Positions 40,976 through 49,283 of a DNA stretch of 58,311 bases are shown one piece after another. The notes under the pieces are model-generated. The model had not been told where the DNA came from. It did not search any database and was given only the letters and a program-made list of their open reading frames with translations. Source of the stretch: a virus (Duplodnaviria > Caudoviricetes); the IMG/VR virus record IMGVR_UViG_3300021962_000124, positions 1 through 58,311 of that record; one strand, given 5' to 3'. Position 1 is the stretch's first letter, and each line of letters begins with the position of its first letter. The position numbers were made by a program, and so were the translations under genes.

Positions 40976-42886
40976 TTATATTCTTACTAGGTCTCCGTTA
41001 GTGTAGCTAGATGTAGAAACATATGTTAATCCAGATATGTCAAACCCAGAGGAAATGTTATCTGCTAATATATTTAATACACTATTATTAATATCTAGTT
41101 GCAAATAAAGATCCTGTAATCCAATAACATCATTTGACTTTGGAATGGAAGAAATTTCGATTATTGGTTGTGAAAATGAAGTTTTTACTGTGGATGAAAT
41201 ATTTACGGGGTATAATCTAATTTCACCTTTAACATAATCAATCGTACCAGCATTCTTCCTTACAACAAAGGGTTGTGTAGCAGATTGCAACTTAAAGAAA
41301 AATATGTTGCCAGTTAATCCATCAGGATTAGGAAGATCTGACATATACAGGGTGTCGTTGATTCCTGCAATTTTAAATCCAGATGATTTTATATTGTATC
41401 CATTCATATTTTTGATATGAAATTGATTTCCATAACAAATTTCGTAGTCTGCAAATTTGTTAAGTTCTGCTCCCATATCACGTCTCATTATAATTTTTGT
41501 TATATTGGACGTTATTGCAACATCAGAATCATCAATTATTTTTAAATATTTGCTATACTTAAAACGAGCCCCATACTTATTCATTTCTTGGGACTTCGAA
41601 TATTTTTCAATATTACTTTGAATTAAACTTTTTAGTCCGTTCGGGCTACTCGATAAATTAGAATTATAATAAGCAGTGGTATTTGTTTCTATATACAAGT
41701 ATTTTAGATCTATAATTTCGGGTACAATTCCCGCTACAGTATATTTTCTTAAATCTCTTTCGATATTATCTTTAATTTGATTAGAAACAAATGGACCATT
41801 TTGGGGTTTAATACTTATGAAGACTCTACCATATTTTGGTGGGTTTAGATCCTCTCCACCAAAAACAGAAACTGAGTCTGTTTCTGGATAAAGAACTGGT
41901 ATGATAGATTCATAATCATTTGCTGTAACCGCACGGTTTTGTGCTGCATATCTTCTTGGAGCATATTTTTTAATAGACTCCACTGATTCAATCTCTTTTC
42001 CACCTTGAGATTGTGAGTTTGTAGTTACGAGAGAAATACCCGTGGTAACTACTCTACCAAGTTCATCAACTATTCTGCCACTAAATGTAAATGAAGATAC
42101 CCCGTTTGCTGCTTCTCCATTAGTTACGTTGTAAGAAACCTCAATATAGTTTAAATTATCAAGTTTTTTGCCAAATACATTATCTCCAAAGAATAATTCG
42201 TATCTCTGATCTTCTATTTCTTGTATAAAGAAAACTTTAGACTCTGGAGTTACTCCAAATAGATTCTTTGAGAGAACAAAATTTCTTTTAATACTACTTA
42301 ACTCAGTATTCCTCACAAACACTTCAATTGAATTTACATCAATATTTGAGTTATCTAAAATAAATTTTTGATTTGGATTATTTGCATCAACTGTAAAATT
42401 ATTTACGATATATGTACCTTCAAATATGCTTAACCTATCAAATAAAGCAATATTATTAATGACAGGTACAGTTACGTCATTTGGTATAATAAAAGAAAAA
42501 CTTTGATTTCCAAAAGAAGTGTTAGTAGTGCATACAACACCTTTCTTAAGGGTTAAGGTGAGAGGTCTTGTGGTGAAACCAGTAGTATCTACAAAGAAAG
42601 AAACATCTGCCCTTGATGCAATACGAGATTGTGGCACATAACCAATATTTCTAGCTAATGATACTACATTTTCCCTGAGAGTAGCACTATCAATAAAAAC
42701 CTCATTGCTAACCATGTTAGCATTATATGAGGAGATATAAGTATTATATGCTAATACGTCAATTATTGTTGATAAATTCGATCCCTCAAAGTCATAATCA
42801 GTAAAATTCGAATTAGCCCTAAGATATTCTCGAATTGAACTTTTTATCTGATCGAAATCTAAATTGGTAAAATTAACTAATGCCAT
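40976..42886 (-). CDS. gp6: Baseplate wedge subunit
   Basis: LDFDQIK, FTDYDFEGSNL, LAYNT, FIDSATLRENVVSLAR.IGY, QNRAVTANDY. Confidence 0.96.
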   Translation of the reverse strand: MALVNFTNLDFDQIKSSIREYLRANSNFTDYDFEGSNLSTIIDVLAYNTYISSYNANMVSNEVFIDSATLRENVVSLARNIGYVPQSRIASRADVSFFVDTTGFTTRPLTLTLKKGVVCTTNTSFGNQSFSFIIPNDVTVPVINNIALFDRLSIFEGTYIVNNFTVDANNPNQKFILDNSNIDVNSIEVFVRNTELSSIKRNFVLSKNLFGVTPESKVFFIQEIEDQRYELFFGDNVFGKKLDNLNYIEVSYNVTNGEAANGVSSFTFSGRIVDELGRVVTTGISLVTTNSQSQGGKEIESVESIKKYAPRRYAAQNRAVTANDYESIIPVLYPETDSVSVFGGEDLNPPKYGRVFISIKPQNGPFVSNQIKDNIERDLRKYTVAGIVPEIIDLKYLYIETNTTAYYNSNLSSSPNGLKSLIQSNIEKYSKSQEMNKYGARFKYSKYLKIIDDSDVAITSNITKIIMRRDMGAELNKFADYEICYGNQFHIKNMNGYNIKSSGFKIAGINDTLYMSDLPNPDGLTGNIFFFKLQSATQPFVVRKNAGTIDYVKGEIRLYPVNISSTVKTSFSQPIIEISSIPKSNDVIGLQDLYLQLDINNSVLNILADNISSGFDISGLTYVSTSSYTNGDLVRI

Positions 42887-43288
42887 TTATCTTGTTGGCT
42901 GAAGTGCAAATGATAACTGTTGTGGTAGAACGTCAATGCCCACAATTCTATAATTTATAGTTACATTAAATTCGTTGTCCTCATAGTTTGGTGCAACATC
43001 TACAGAGATTAAATCCACTCTTGGTTCATAATTTCTAATAGTGTTCTCAATTTCATCCTTAATTATTGATGCAGAGATCTCATCAAGGTTTTCAAAAAGA
43101 GAACGACTTACCTTTGAACCTAAATTTTCATTAAAAAACCGTTCTCCTGGATAAGTTAATACCAAATTTCGAATAGAGCGAGCAATAGCAGTCTCATTTT
43201 TAAGACCAATCAGGTCATAATTAAGAGGATTGACCTGAAAGGTCATACTCAGGTCTTTAAATCCTTTACTGACCCGCTCTAGAGGCAT
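42887..43288 (-). CDS. gp25: Baseplate wedge subunit
   Basis: AIARSIRNLVLT.PGERFF...G, I.NYEPRV. Confidence 0.95.
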   Translation of the reverse strand: MPLERVSKGFKDLSMTFQVNPLNYDLIGLKNETAIARSIRNLVLTYPGERFFNENLGSKVSRSLFENLDEISASIIKDEIENTIRNYEPRVDLISVDVAPNYEDNEFNVTINYRIVGIDVLPQQLSFALQPTR

Positions 43289-43308
43289 AAAAAGTACAAA
43301 ATCTGTAT

Positions 43309-43316
43309 TATTTATT
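43309..43316 (-). promoter_or_regulatory. Late promoter AATAAATA
   Basis: Upstream of gp25, at the head of the baseplate operon. Confidence 0.65.
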
Positions 43317-43569
43317 CGGTTTTTCTTGATTCATAAAGAGGTTCCGTGCCATATTCCCAATCATCATAGTCTTCATCGTTACGAATTTTCTCATGAATTT
43401 CATTTTGATAATAAAAATCATGTTTTTTGGGTGTTAAATCATCATTTGCAATCTCACGAAGCATTTTTTGCTTCTGAACTTGACTTTCCCAACCATATTC
43501 ACTTGACAAATACTGAGTTCCCCACTCATTTTTCATAAAATTTTGGTCCTTATCGACTTTTTTGGTCAT
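43312..43569 (-). CDS. Hypothetical protein
   Basis: 85-aa ORF with GGAG upstream; co-oriented with neighbours. Confidence 0.7.
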   Translation of the reverse strand: MTKKVDKDQNFMKNEWGTQYLSSEYGWESQVQKQKMLREIANDDLTPKKHDFYYQNEIHEKIRNDEDYDDWEYGTEPLYESRKTE

Positions 43570-44071
43570 TGTGTGCTCCTGATTCGTTAAAATCAGAACT
43601 TTTTACGGGGTTGCTATCCCGTTTTTCAATTATATCATAATCATCTTCTAAAATTTCTTTTAAATATGAGTCATCCCACATACTATAGTAGTCAGTTTTT
43701 GCTAAAGTTTCTCTAAATTTACGAAGTTTCCGTGTTGGCTGTCCTAATATTAAATTATATCTTCCATTATTAGTTTGAACACCATTAATAAAGGTATCAT
43801 ATGCACCACAATCTTCAAAAAATTTCCAATCTTGATATTTTGAGTTGTATATTTCAACCCATTTTTGGACCTCTTCAAGATTAAAATAGTCCTCAATGAC
43901 ATATATGATCACATCAAGTCCTTCAATGACCTCTATGGCGCTTGCAGAGCACTCTACGACTTGATATTTGGACTTAGCAGCAAAAGGGCAGATTGCAAAT
44001 CCATTCAATTCTTTTCTAACTTTAGATACTTCATGTATCCATTTAAAAATATATTGTTCTTTTTCAGTCAT
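43550..44071 (-). CDS. Hypothetical protein (CPFA motif)
   Basis: 173-aa ORF, N-terminal W...LNGFAICPFA. Confidence 0.7.
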   Translation of the reverse strand: MTEKEQYIFKWIHEVSKVRKELNGFAICPFAAKSKYQVVECSASAIEVIEGLDVIIYVIEDYFNLEEVQKWVEIYNSKYQDWKFFEDCGAYDTFINGVQTNNGRYNLILGQPTRKLRKFRETLAKTDYYSMWDDSYLKEILEDDYDIIEKRDSNPVKSSDFNESGAHNDQKSR

Positions 44072-44105
44072 AAAAAAAGAGTGCTTAATTCTATTTAAGC
44101 ACTCT
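44072..44105 (-). terminator. Rho-independent terminator
   Basis: AGAGTGCTTAA-atagaa-TTAAGCACTCT perfect 11-bp stem followed by a T run on the minus strand. Confidence 0.8.
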
Positions 44106-44110
44106 GAATA

Positions 44111-44251
44111 TTATTTTCCTTGACCGCGATACTTTTTCTTTCGTCCATTACGAGAGGTTGCACTGAGCAATGTACGAGGAGAACGTCCTTGACGAGTCTT
44201 CTTTGGTGCTCCTGGTTCAAAAATAGTCTTACTCGATCCACCTTTAGCCAT
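44111..44251 (-). CDS. Small basic protein
   Basis: Hand-translated 46 aa MAKGGSSKTIFEPGAPKKTRQGRSPRTLLSATSRNGRKKKYRGQGK; GGAGG upstream; terminator downstream. Confidence 0.75.
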   Translation of the reverse strand: MAKGGSSKTIFEPGAPKKTRQGRSPRTLLSATSRNGRKKKYRGQGK

Positions 44252-44405
44252 TTGTAATTTCCTCCATTTCAATTAAATTTGGATCAATGTCTTCTCCCGA
44301 GTAAAAACGCTCTGAGAAGTCTTGAAGAATCTCACTACAGTCTTCCATAGTGAGATTCGTATAAATTTTACGCCCTTTATATAAAAGATTGTAAAGAGTA
44401 TTCAT
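44244..44405 (-). CDS. Small hypothetical protein
   Basis: Hand-translated 53 aa MNTLYNLLYKGRKIY...; overlaps both neighbours at start and stop. Confidence 0.7.
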   Translation of the reverse strand: MNTLYNLLYKGRKIYTNLTMEDCSEILQDFSERFYSGEDIDPNLIEMEEITNG

Positions 44406-45172
44406 TAGATTACGCGAGTTTTTTCATGTCCAACTCTAATACGAGGATCGCACCAGATTTCAAAGCCTGCTTCTTTTGCATCAAGACAGAATGAAACATC
44501 CTCACCACACATATCTTGAACTGCACCAGACTCAAAGACTTGCATCTTAGGTGCAAACCAAGGATATTCGAGATTCTCAAAGACTCCCTTCTTAATCAGA
44601 ACCCAACCAAATCCAGTATAATCAACTGTGAAAGGCTTTCTACGCTTTGAGATAGACTCAACTGTTTCATGATTCATCACACCACCGTTCTTACGGAAAT
44701 CATCTTCTTCTAACCAATGTGCGACAGAAGTTGTGTGACCATCTTCGGTTGCATACCATCCAGCAACAACTTCCTTTTCCTCTCCTTCAGCAGGAAGAGC
44801 TAAATCACAGAGTTGCCAGAACTTGTTAGAATCAAAAACAATATCACTATCAATCCATAGTTGATAATCATATTGAAGTTTTCCATCCCAAGGAATTTGC
44901 TTTGGACCACGAAGTACATTTGCTCCAAGACATTTGCAACGAGCAAAATTAACCATTGAAGAGTAATCTTGAGAAATCTGAATACTCATTCCATTTTGTA
45001 CAAGATCAAAACAAAGTTGCACAAATGCCTTCAAGAAGATAAATGAACATCCCCTACCAGGAAGACAGAAGACAATTGATTTGCCTCGCATTCTTTCTTT
45101 AATTGCATCAATATCCCATTCTTGTTCTCTGGGCTTAGGTGCTGCTGCTTTTACTGTAAATCCTTTTGCCAT
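44405..45172 (-). CDS. GT-A fold (GT2-like) glycosyltransferase
   Basis: LWIDSDIVF (DxD), TGFGWVLIK..VFE, GEDVSFC, VGHEK. Confidence 0.75.
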   Translation of the reverse strand: MAKGFTVKAAAPKPREQEWDIDAIKERMRGKSIVFCLPGRGCSFIFLKAFVQLCFDLVQNGMSIQISQDYSSMVNFARCKCLGANVLRGPKQIPWDGKLQYDYQLWIDSDIVFDSNKFWQLCDLALPAEGEEKEVVAGWYATEDGHTTSVAHWLEEDDFRKNGGVMNHETVESISKRRKPFTVDYTGFGWVLIKKGVFENLEYPWFAPKMQVFESGAVQDMCGEDVSFCLDAKEAGFEIWCDPRIRVGHEKTRVI

Positions 45173-45195
45173 AATTGAAATTAACTTTCAGATCA

Positions 45196-45225
45196 ATTTT
45201 ATCAGTCTATATATGCTTTTGTCAA
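45196..45225 (-). promoter_or_regulatory. Sigma70-type promoter
   Basis: TTGACA-18 nt-TAAAAT with extended TG, upstream of the glycosyltransferase. Confidence 0.65.
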
Positions 45226-45416
45226 TGTGAAGAATTCAGCAATACTTCCTTATTCACATAAAGTTCTTCATAACTTAAATCATCCTTTGTAAGATCTAAA
45301 TCAAGCAAATCAATCATTCTGTGCATCATCTCCCAAGTCTCAGAGAATTTACTCTCTGATAAACTGTGATAAACACACCGATCCTTTGCGTATATGTGAT
45401 AAACTTTTTCAGTCAT
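45222..45416 (-). CDS. Hypothetical protein
   Basis: 64-aa ORF co-oriented with the cluster. Confidence 0.7.
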   Translation of the reverse strand: MTEKVYHIYAKDRCVYHSLSESKFSETWEMMHRMIDLLDLDLTKDDLSYEELYVNKEVLLNSSH

Positions 45417-45447
45417 AAAAATATTTCCGGAATTTTTTCAATACTTT

Positions 45448-45594
45448 TTATTTTGTTACCGCATTATATATCACAATAAACAAAAATCCAACAGTCCCTC
45501 CGAAGATCGTAAAGCACTGCCGTGGATATCGTATTAACCATCCTGCAAAGACAACCTTCCAGAAGTTCCAATAGGGGGGTTTTCTTCTTCTCAC
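45448..45594 (-). CDS. Small membrane protein
   Basis: Hand-translated, GTG start, 48 aa MRRRKPPYWNFWKVVFAGWLIRYPRQCFTIFGGTVGFLFIVIYNAVTK; GTGA overlap with upstream ORF. Confidence 0.65.
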   Translation of the reverse strand: MRRRKPPYWNFWKVVFAGWLIRYPRQCFTIFGGTVGFLFIVIYNAVTK

Positions 45595-45701
45595 TTTTTC
45601 TTTCTTTTTCTAGCTCCGTTTGTCTTTGCTTGACTTTTATAATTTTTGCAGCGTTTATCAGGTCTTGATTTGCCTTTTTTATGAATCCAACGGCCGAACA
45701 T
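45591..45701 (-). CDS. Tiny highly basic protein
   Basis: Hand-translated 36 aa MFGRWIHKKGKSRPDKRCKNYKSQAKTNGARKRKKK; GGAG upstream. Confidence 0.55.
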   Translation of the reverse strand: MFGRWIHKKGKSRPDKRCKNYKSQAKTNGARKRKKK

Positions 45702-45856
45702 TTTTTTCTCCAAAAAATTTTTTTTATGAGAGTGATATAAAGGTCGAAAAAGACATACACTGTAGGTTGGGAGGGACCCAAAAAATTATATACGCAACGC
45801 CGCGCCGCGACCATAAGAAACCGCCGCAAAACACTGCCGGATCACTATCATCACCA

Positions 45857-45885
45857 AGCATAACATAAAGGTGCCACAGTGTCAA
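45857..45885 (-). promoter_or_regulatory. Sigma70-type promoter inside an imperfect inverted repeat
   Basis: TTGACA-17 nt-TATGCT with extended TG; GGTGC..CAGTG / CACTG..GCACC dyad spans the -35 box. Confidence 0.6.
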
Positions 45886-45906
45886 TCACTGCAGCACCCA
45901 TAACTA

Positions 45907-46047
45907 TCAGAAATCAATCACATCTGCAGTCGGTTCGTTATAACCTGCCTCCGAAACATTATCAGCAGCAAGTGTATCAAGGATCTGCAGAAGTTCGTTG
46001 CCATTGTTAGCACGACCCAGCAGAGAGATGATAACGGAGTTGGACAT
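45907..46047 (-). CDS. Small hypothetical protein
   Basis: Hand-translated 46 aa MSNSVIISLLGRANNGNELLQILDTL... Confidence 0.65.
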   Translation of the reverse strand: MSNSVIISLLGRANNGNELLQILDTLAADNVSEAGYNEPTADVIDF

Positions 46048-46116
46048 AATAAAGAAGAAAAGTGTTATGAACTGTGAGTGCCTAGTTTATACTCATGCGA
46101 CAGGAGTGAGTGTTAC

Positions 46117-46398
46117 TTAAGCAAGAGTGGAAGTGTTCATCAGGTCTTGATAATCCTCCCACTTGTTGATTGCTTGCTCAAGAGTTTCAACATCAGCGAA
46201 CAGGTCAAAGTTCTCAGGTAGATCTAACTGACCAGTGATACCCAAGTAGTTAATGAACCCCAGGATTTGCATACTTTGGTCATAACCTTCGGCGTTGAAG
46301 ATGCGGTCCAATTCTTCATTACGAAAATCAGAACATGCGATCAAGTCAAACACATAGTAGAACGGACGACGAATAGCGTAGGGAATGAAGTTCAGCAT
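46117..46398 (-). CDS. Hypothetical protein
   Basis: ORF track 46117..46434; more likely ATG start at MLNFIPYA. Confidence 0.65.
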   Translation of the reverse strand: MLNFIPYAIRRPFYYVFDLIACSDFRNEELDRIFNAEGYDQSMQILGFINYLGITGQLDLPENFDLFADVETLEQAINKWEDYQDLMNTSTLA

Positions 46399-46434
46399 CA
46401 GAGTGTTAGTAACTGTGTGGTTCTTAAGTATCAA

Positions 46435-46683
46435 TCAGAAGTCGAACACGTCGCTATTCAGTTCGATCACATTTACCTTGGGGTCATCAAACCTTACACC
46501 ATCAAGAGTTTGTGTCATAAACTCACTGATAGATTCGACGAAAGACTGATAATCACCTGCCTCACGGGCGATGTTATATAGACCCTCATCATTTTGAATC
46601 CAGAGAGCAACATTCCAGGTCTCATAATTCTCCCAACCGTTATACTCAGTATCGGTCAGATTTGCTTGATAAGTGACAGTCAT
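46435..46683 (-). CDS. Conserved phage hypothetical protein
   Basis: YNGWENYETWNVALW motif, recognisable from small early proteins of other phages. Confidence 0.8.
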   Translation of the reverse strand: MTVTYQANLTDTEYNGWENYETWNVALWIQNDEGLYNIAREAGDYQSFVESISEFMTQTLDGVRFDDPKVNVIELNSDVFDF

Positions 46684-46726
46684 TTTTCGTTGAGTGAGTG
46701 TTGATTAGTGGGAAACAGATAGGGTA

Positions 46727-46918
46727 TCAGGCACCCAGAACTTGACGTGCGTAGGCATTAGCAGCAACACACAGGTGGATGTCATCGAGGAACATATCTG
46801 AACCGATTAGAAACTCCTGCCACTCACACTTTACGTTGCGAATGAAGTCTTGGTCCGCGAGGTCGATGAGACCATAGACGAAGGAATAGAGTTGATAGAT
46901 GTAGTTGTCAGTGATCAT
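46727..46918 (-). CDS. Hypothetical protein
   Basis: 63-aa ORF downstream of repeat copy 1. Confidence 0.65.
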   Translation of the reverse strand: MITDNYIYQLYSFVYGLIDLADQDFIRNVKCEWQEFLIGSDMFLDDIHLCVAANAYARQVLGA

Positions 46919-46966
46919 TTGGTAAGTCTTGAGTGTTAGCGGGGCGGGTCTTTGTCGTTTGCCCCT

Positions 46967-46999
46967 TACACTATAAGGACACTTTCAAGGCCCCAAGTT
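46967..46999 (-). repeat. 33-bp intergenic element, copy 1
   Basis: plus strand tacactataaggacactttcaaggccccaagtt. Confidence 0.9.
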
Positions 47000-47008
47000 A
47001 CTGTTACT

Positions 47009-47182
47009 CTACCAACGATCGGGTGTGCTTAAGTCCTCAACATACGCATCGCACTTCTCTGCAGGTTCCAACTTGAATAACTTCTCCCAGTCAATCTGAT
47101 GTGGGTCAAAGTCAGGAAACGCTTGAATGTCTAGAGTGATGCGATAACGAACCTTCTGTGCTTGACTGTATGCTACTGACAT
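47009..47182 (-). CDS. Small hypothetical protein
   Basis: Likely start MSVAYSQAQKVRYRITLD, downstream of the sigma70 promoter at 47210-47238 and a GGAG site. Confidence 0.7.
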   Translation of the reverse strand: MSVAYSQAQKVRYRITLDIQAFPDFDPHQIDWEKLFKLEPAEKCDAYVEDLSTPDRW

Positions 47183-47209
47183 AAGTACGCTCCTTGTGTT
47201 ACTGTAAGT

Positions 47210-47238
47210 ATTGTAAGATGCTGAGACGTTTTTGTCAA
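47210..47238 (-). promoter_or_regulatory. Near-consensus sigma70 promoter (leftward)
   Basis: TTGACA-17 nt-TACAAT. Confidence 0.8.
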
Positions 47239-47310
47239 TGGACCTGGGGGTATTTATGGGCGGGTGGTGGATTTTTGTGCGGGATCTGTGAGGATTTTGT
47301 GACGGGGTGC

Positions 47311-47339
47311 TTGACAGATTTGCAAAGTGCTGATACAAT
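47311..47339 (+). promoter_or_regulatory. Near-consensus sigma70 promoter (rightward, no ORF downstream)
   Basis: TTGACA-17 nt-TACAAT with extended TG. Confidence 0.75.
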
Positions 47340-47528
47340 GCGGCCAAAGATAACAAGGTCTAGACACATTTAAAAGGCACAATAAGGTCTCTATTCTCAA
47401 CAATAAACCCTATTGATTCTCAATAAACTAACACTTATTGAGAATGATTTACAACGCTCATATACATTTAAAAACACATTTAATCAATAAAAAAACGTTT
47501 TTTAACGTTATTTTTACCATAAAGGCAT

Positions 47529-47559
47529 AAAAAAAGACCCCTTAAATGGGGTCTCTTTA
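47529..47559 (-). terminator. Rho-independent terminator, possibly bidirectional
   Basis: AGACCCC-6 nt loop-GGGGTCT; T run on the minus strand, CTTTATT on the plus strand. Confidence 0.75.
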
Positions 47560-47682
47560 TTGATTCTCAGTAGCAAACATTTCGATTCCGTTGATTGCTC
47601 GATTGCCTAAATTAGCAATCCCATTGAATCCAACTGTCGAAAGTATGATACCAATGACTACACCTATCAAGAACTTAGACAT
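47557..47682 (-). CDS. Small membrane protein
   Basis: Hand-translated 41 aa MSKFLIGVVIGIILSTVGFNGIANLG... Confidence 0.65.
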   Translation of the reverse strand: MSKFLIGVVIGIILSTVGFNGIANLGNRAINGIEMFATENQ

Positions 47683-47684
47683 AC

Positions 47685-47921
47685 TCAATCCAATGCAAGT
47701 CTGTAACGAGCATAATCCTCTGCATCAGATCTTTTCTTGAAACGTGCTAACTCTCCTTCAAACTTGAGTGGAAGGTATCGGTATTTCTTTCCTTCCTTGG
47801 TGATAACAGTTCTGGAGAATAGATGAAGAGAGTAAATACCTTCCTGATGTAATTCATACTCTTGCTTTACAATGAAAGGGAGAACTTTGTTATCGTTGAA
47901 TGACTTGGTAGAGAGTAACAT
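47685..47921 (-). CDS. Hypothetical protein
   Basis: 78-aa ORF, tightly packed. Confidence 0.7.
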   Translation of the reverse strand: MLLSTKSFNDNKVLPFIVKQEYELHQEGIYSLHLFSRTVITKEGKKYRYLPLKFEGELARFKKRSDAEDYARYRLALD

Positions 47922-47928
47922 AATGGAA

Positions 47929-48063
47929 TTAGTTGTTGATCAGTTCAGCAGGACTTCCGCATGATTTGTAGAACTCAACCATACGTTTTGCTTCCTCTAA
48001 TGTAGAGAAACTTTGCTCTCTCCATTGTTGTTGATAAGGCGTAAAGTAACGGATTTTGAACAT
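47929..48063 (-). CDS. Small hypothetical protein
   Basis: Hand-translated 44 aa MFKIRYFTPYQQQWREQSFSTLEEAKRMVEFYKSCGSPAELINN; TGATG overlap. Confidence 0.7.
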   Translation of the reverse strand: MFKIRYFTPYQQQWREQSFSTLEEAKRMVEFYKSCGSPAELINN

Positions 48064-48380
48064 CAGTTAAGTACCATACCTTCAGTGAAAGGAATTGTGT
48101 TACCATTATCAATCACAAACCATTCAAAGTCACGTTGAAAGATACGGGCATCATTTCCATGAACTTTCAGAATAGCATTGAGACGTGATTTGGTAGTGGG
48201 AGTTTTATACCCACAAGTGTAAAGTTCAAGGAAGGTATCACCAATCGTTGCAATATGATTGCCGTGAAGATACACATAATTGGCATCACGTTCGGGAGAA
48301 TAAGTTACTTCAGTGTTGTCATTCTTCCAGTCTTTGCAATCACAAATTGCTTTATTCATTTGGAGTTCGATCTTTCGCAT
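48063..48380 (-). CDS. Conserved phage hypothetical protein
   Basis: MRKIE..M..AI, VYLHGNHIA, TTKSRLNA, IFQRDFEWF. Confidence 0.8.
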   Translation of the reverse strand: MRKIELQMNKAICDCKDWKNDNTEVTYSPERDANYVYLHGNHIATIGDTFLELYTCGYKTPTTKSRLNAILKVHGNDARIFQRDFEWFVIDNGNTIPFTEGMVLN

Positions 48381-48398
48381 GGTAGGAAGTTCAGTGGT

Positions 48399-48431
48399 TA
48401 TACAATAGGGACACTTTCAAGGCCCCAGGTT
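48399..48431 (-). repeat. 33-bp element, copy 2
   Basis: tatacaatagggacactttcaaggccccaggtt. Confidence 0.92.
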
Positions 48432-48439
48432 GTGATTAC

Positions 48440-48715
48440 TCAGAACTGAGTTGTTGTAACAATCTCCTCTGCAAGTTCATCACCTACAATACCAGCAATG
48501 AACTCTTGAGTTGAATCATCATCCTCACCTTCTGCAACCCAAATATCTTCAATTAGCATTGCAACATCAGTATCACCCTGACCAGGATTTTGGTCAAAAG
48601 ATGACATCATCATTTGCACAGCATAGGATACCAAATCATCCATGTCCATGTTATCAATTACCCGATTGCAATGTGCAACCAGAAGATCAGAAACTTGTTC
48701 GGAAGTAAGAGTCAT
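48440..48715 (-). CDS. Acidic hypothetical protein (paralog of 49549..49809)
   Basis: LT.EQ...LL......ID.MD.D.LV.YA. Confidence 0.75.
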   Translation of the reverse strand: MTLTSEQVSDLLVAHCNRVIDNMDMDDLVSYAVQMMMSSFDQNPGQGDTDVAMLIEDIWVAEGEDDDSTQEFIAGIVGDELAEEIVTTTQF

Positions 48716-48752
48716 TTTGTTGGAAAAAGTTGAGTGGAAAAAAAGAGAGAAA

Positions 48753-48968
48753 TCAGGCAGCGATTGCAGACTCTAGACATACCTCACGAGTGTCCAGGAT
48801 AGCATAATCAAAACCCTCAACTTCTTCCAGGTGTTTTTGATAAGCAACAGCAGAGGAGAAGCAATCAAACAAGCGGAGAGATTTGAAGTCTTCACCTTCA
48901 TAATCAATTCCACCAATCACAGCATAGACAGACATTTTGGACATTTGGGAGGTTTGGAAGAGCATCAT
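48753..48968 (-). CDS. Hypothetical protein
   Basis: VYAVIGGIDYEGE...LFDC.S.A..Y; the start could be any of several in-frame ATGs. Confidence 0.7.
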   Translation of the reverse strand: MMLFQTSQMSKMSVYAVIGGIDYEGEDFKSLRLFDCFSSAVAYQKHLEEVEGFDYAILDTREVCLESAIAA

Positions 48969-48998
48969 ACTATAGGGACACTTTCAAGGCCCCAGGTT
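48966..48998 (-). repeat. 33-bp element, copy 3
   Basis: catactatagggacactttcaaggccccaggtt. Confidence 0.95.
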
Positions 48999-49139
48999 TC
49001 AATCACAAACAATCATCGGTCCTTCAATATCACAAAACTCTAAAAGAAAGTGATCAATGTTGATACCTAACTCATTTGCAAACTGTAGATTTTCTTGGTA
49101 TTGTTCCTGTGATAGAATATAGAAATCAGTCTCAATCAT
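48999..49139 (-). CDS. Small acidic hypothetical protein
   Basis: Likely start MIETDFYILSQ with GGAGG upstream; the longer ORF-track call overlaps another gene. Confidence 0.65.
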   Translation of the reverse strand: MIETDFYILSQEQYQENLQFANELGINIDHFLLEFCDIEGPMIVCD

Positions 49140-49281
49140 TGTCGATTTGTCCTCCTTGAATTTCAACATTTTCGAGTACAGTGACGATTTGATTGTTTGG
49201 AGTAAGGTATTCAATTTGCAGAACATTTGGTGCGATTTCAGTAGATCCAATGATCGCAGATGCAAGCAGAAGTTCAATCAT
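49132..49281 (-). CDS. Small hypothetical protein
   Basis: Hand-translated 49 aa MIELLLASAIIGSTEIAPNVLQIEYL...; TGATTATG coupling to upstream gene. Confidence 0.65.
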   Translation of the reverse strand: MIELLLASAIIGSTEIAPNVLQIEYLTPNNQIVTVLENVEIQGGQIDND

Positions 49282-49283
49282 AA

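Noticed and set aside
45464-45868. 121-aa (-) and 82-aa (+) ORFs
   Set aside because: Better explained by two coupled small ORFs (45591..45701 and 45448..45594) in other frames
47183-47356. N-terminal extension of ORF 47009..47356
   Set aside because: It runs through the promoter region; the ATG at 47182 has a promoter and ribosome-binding site
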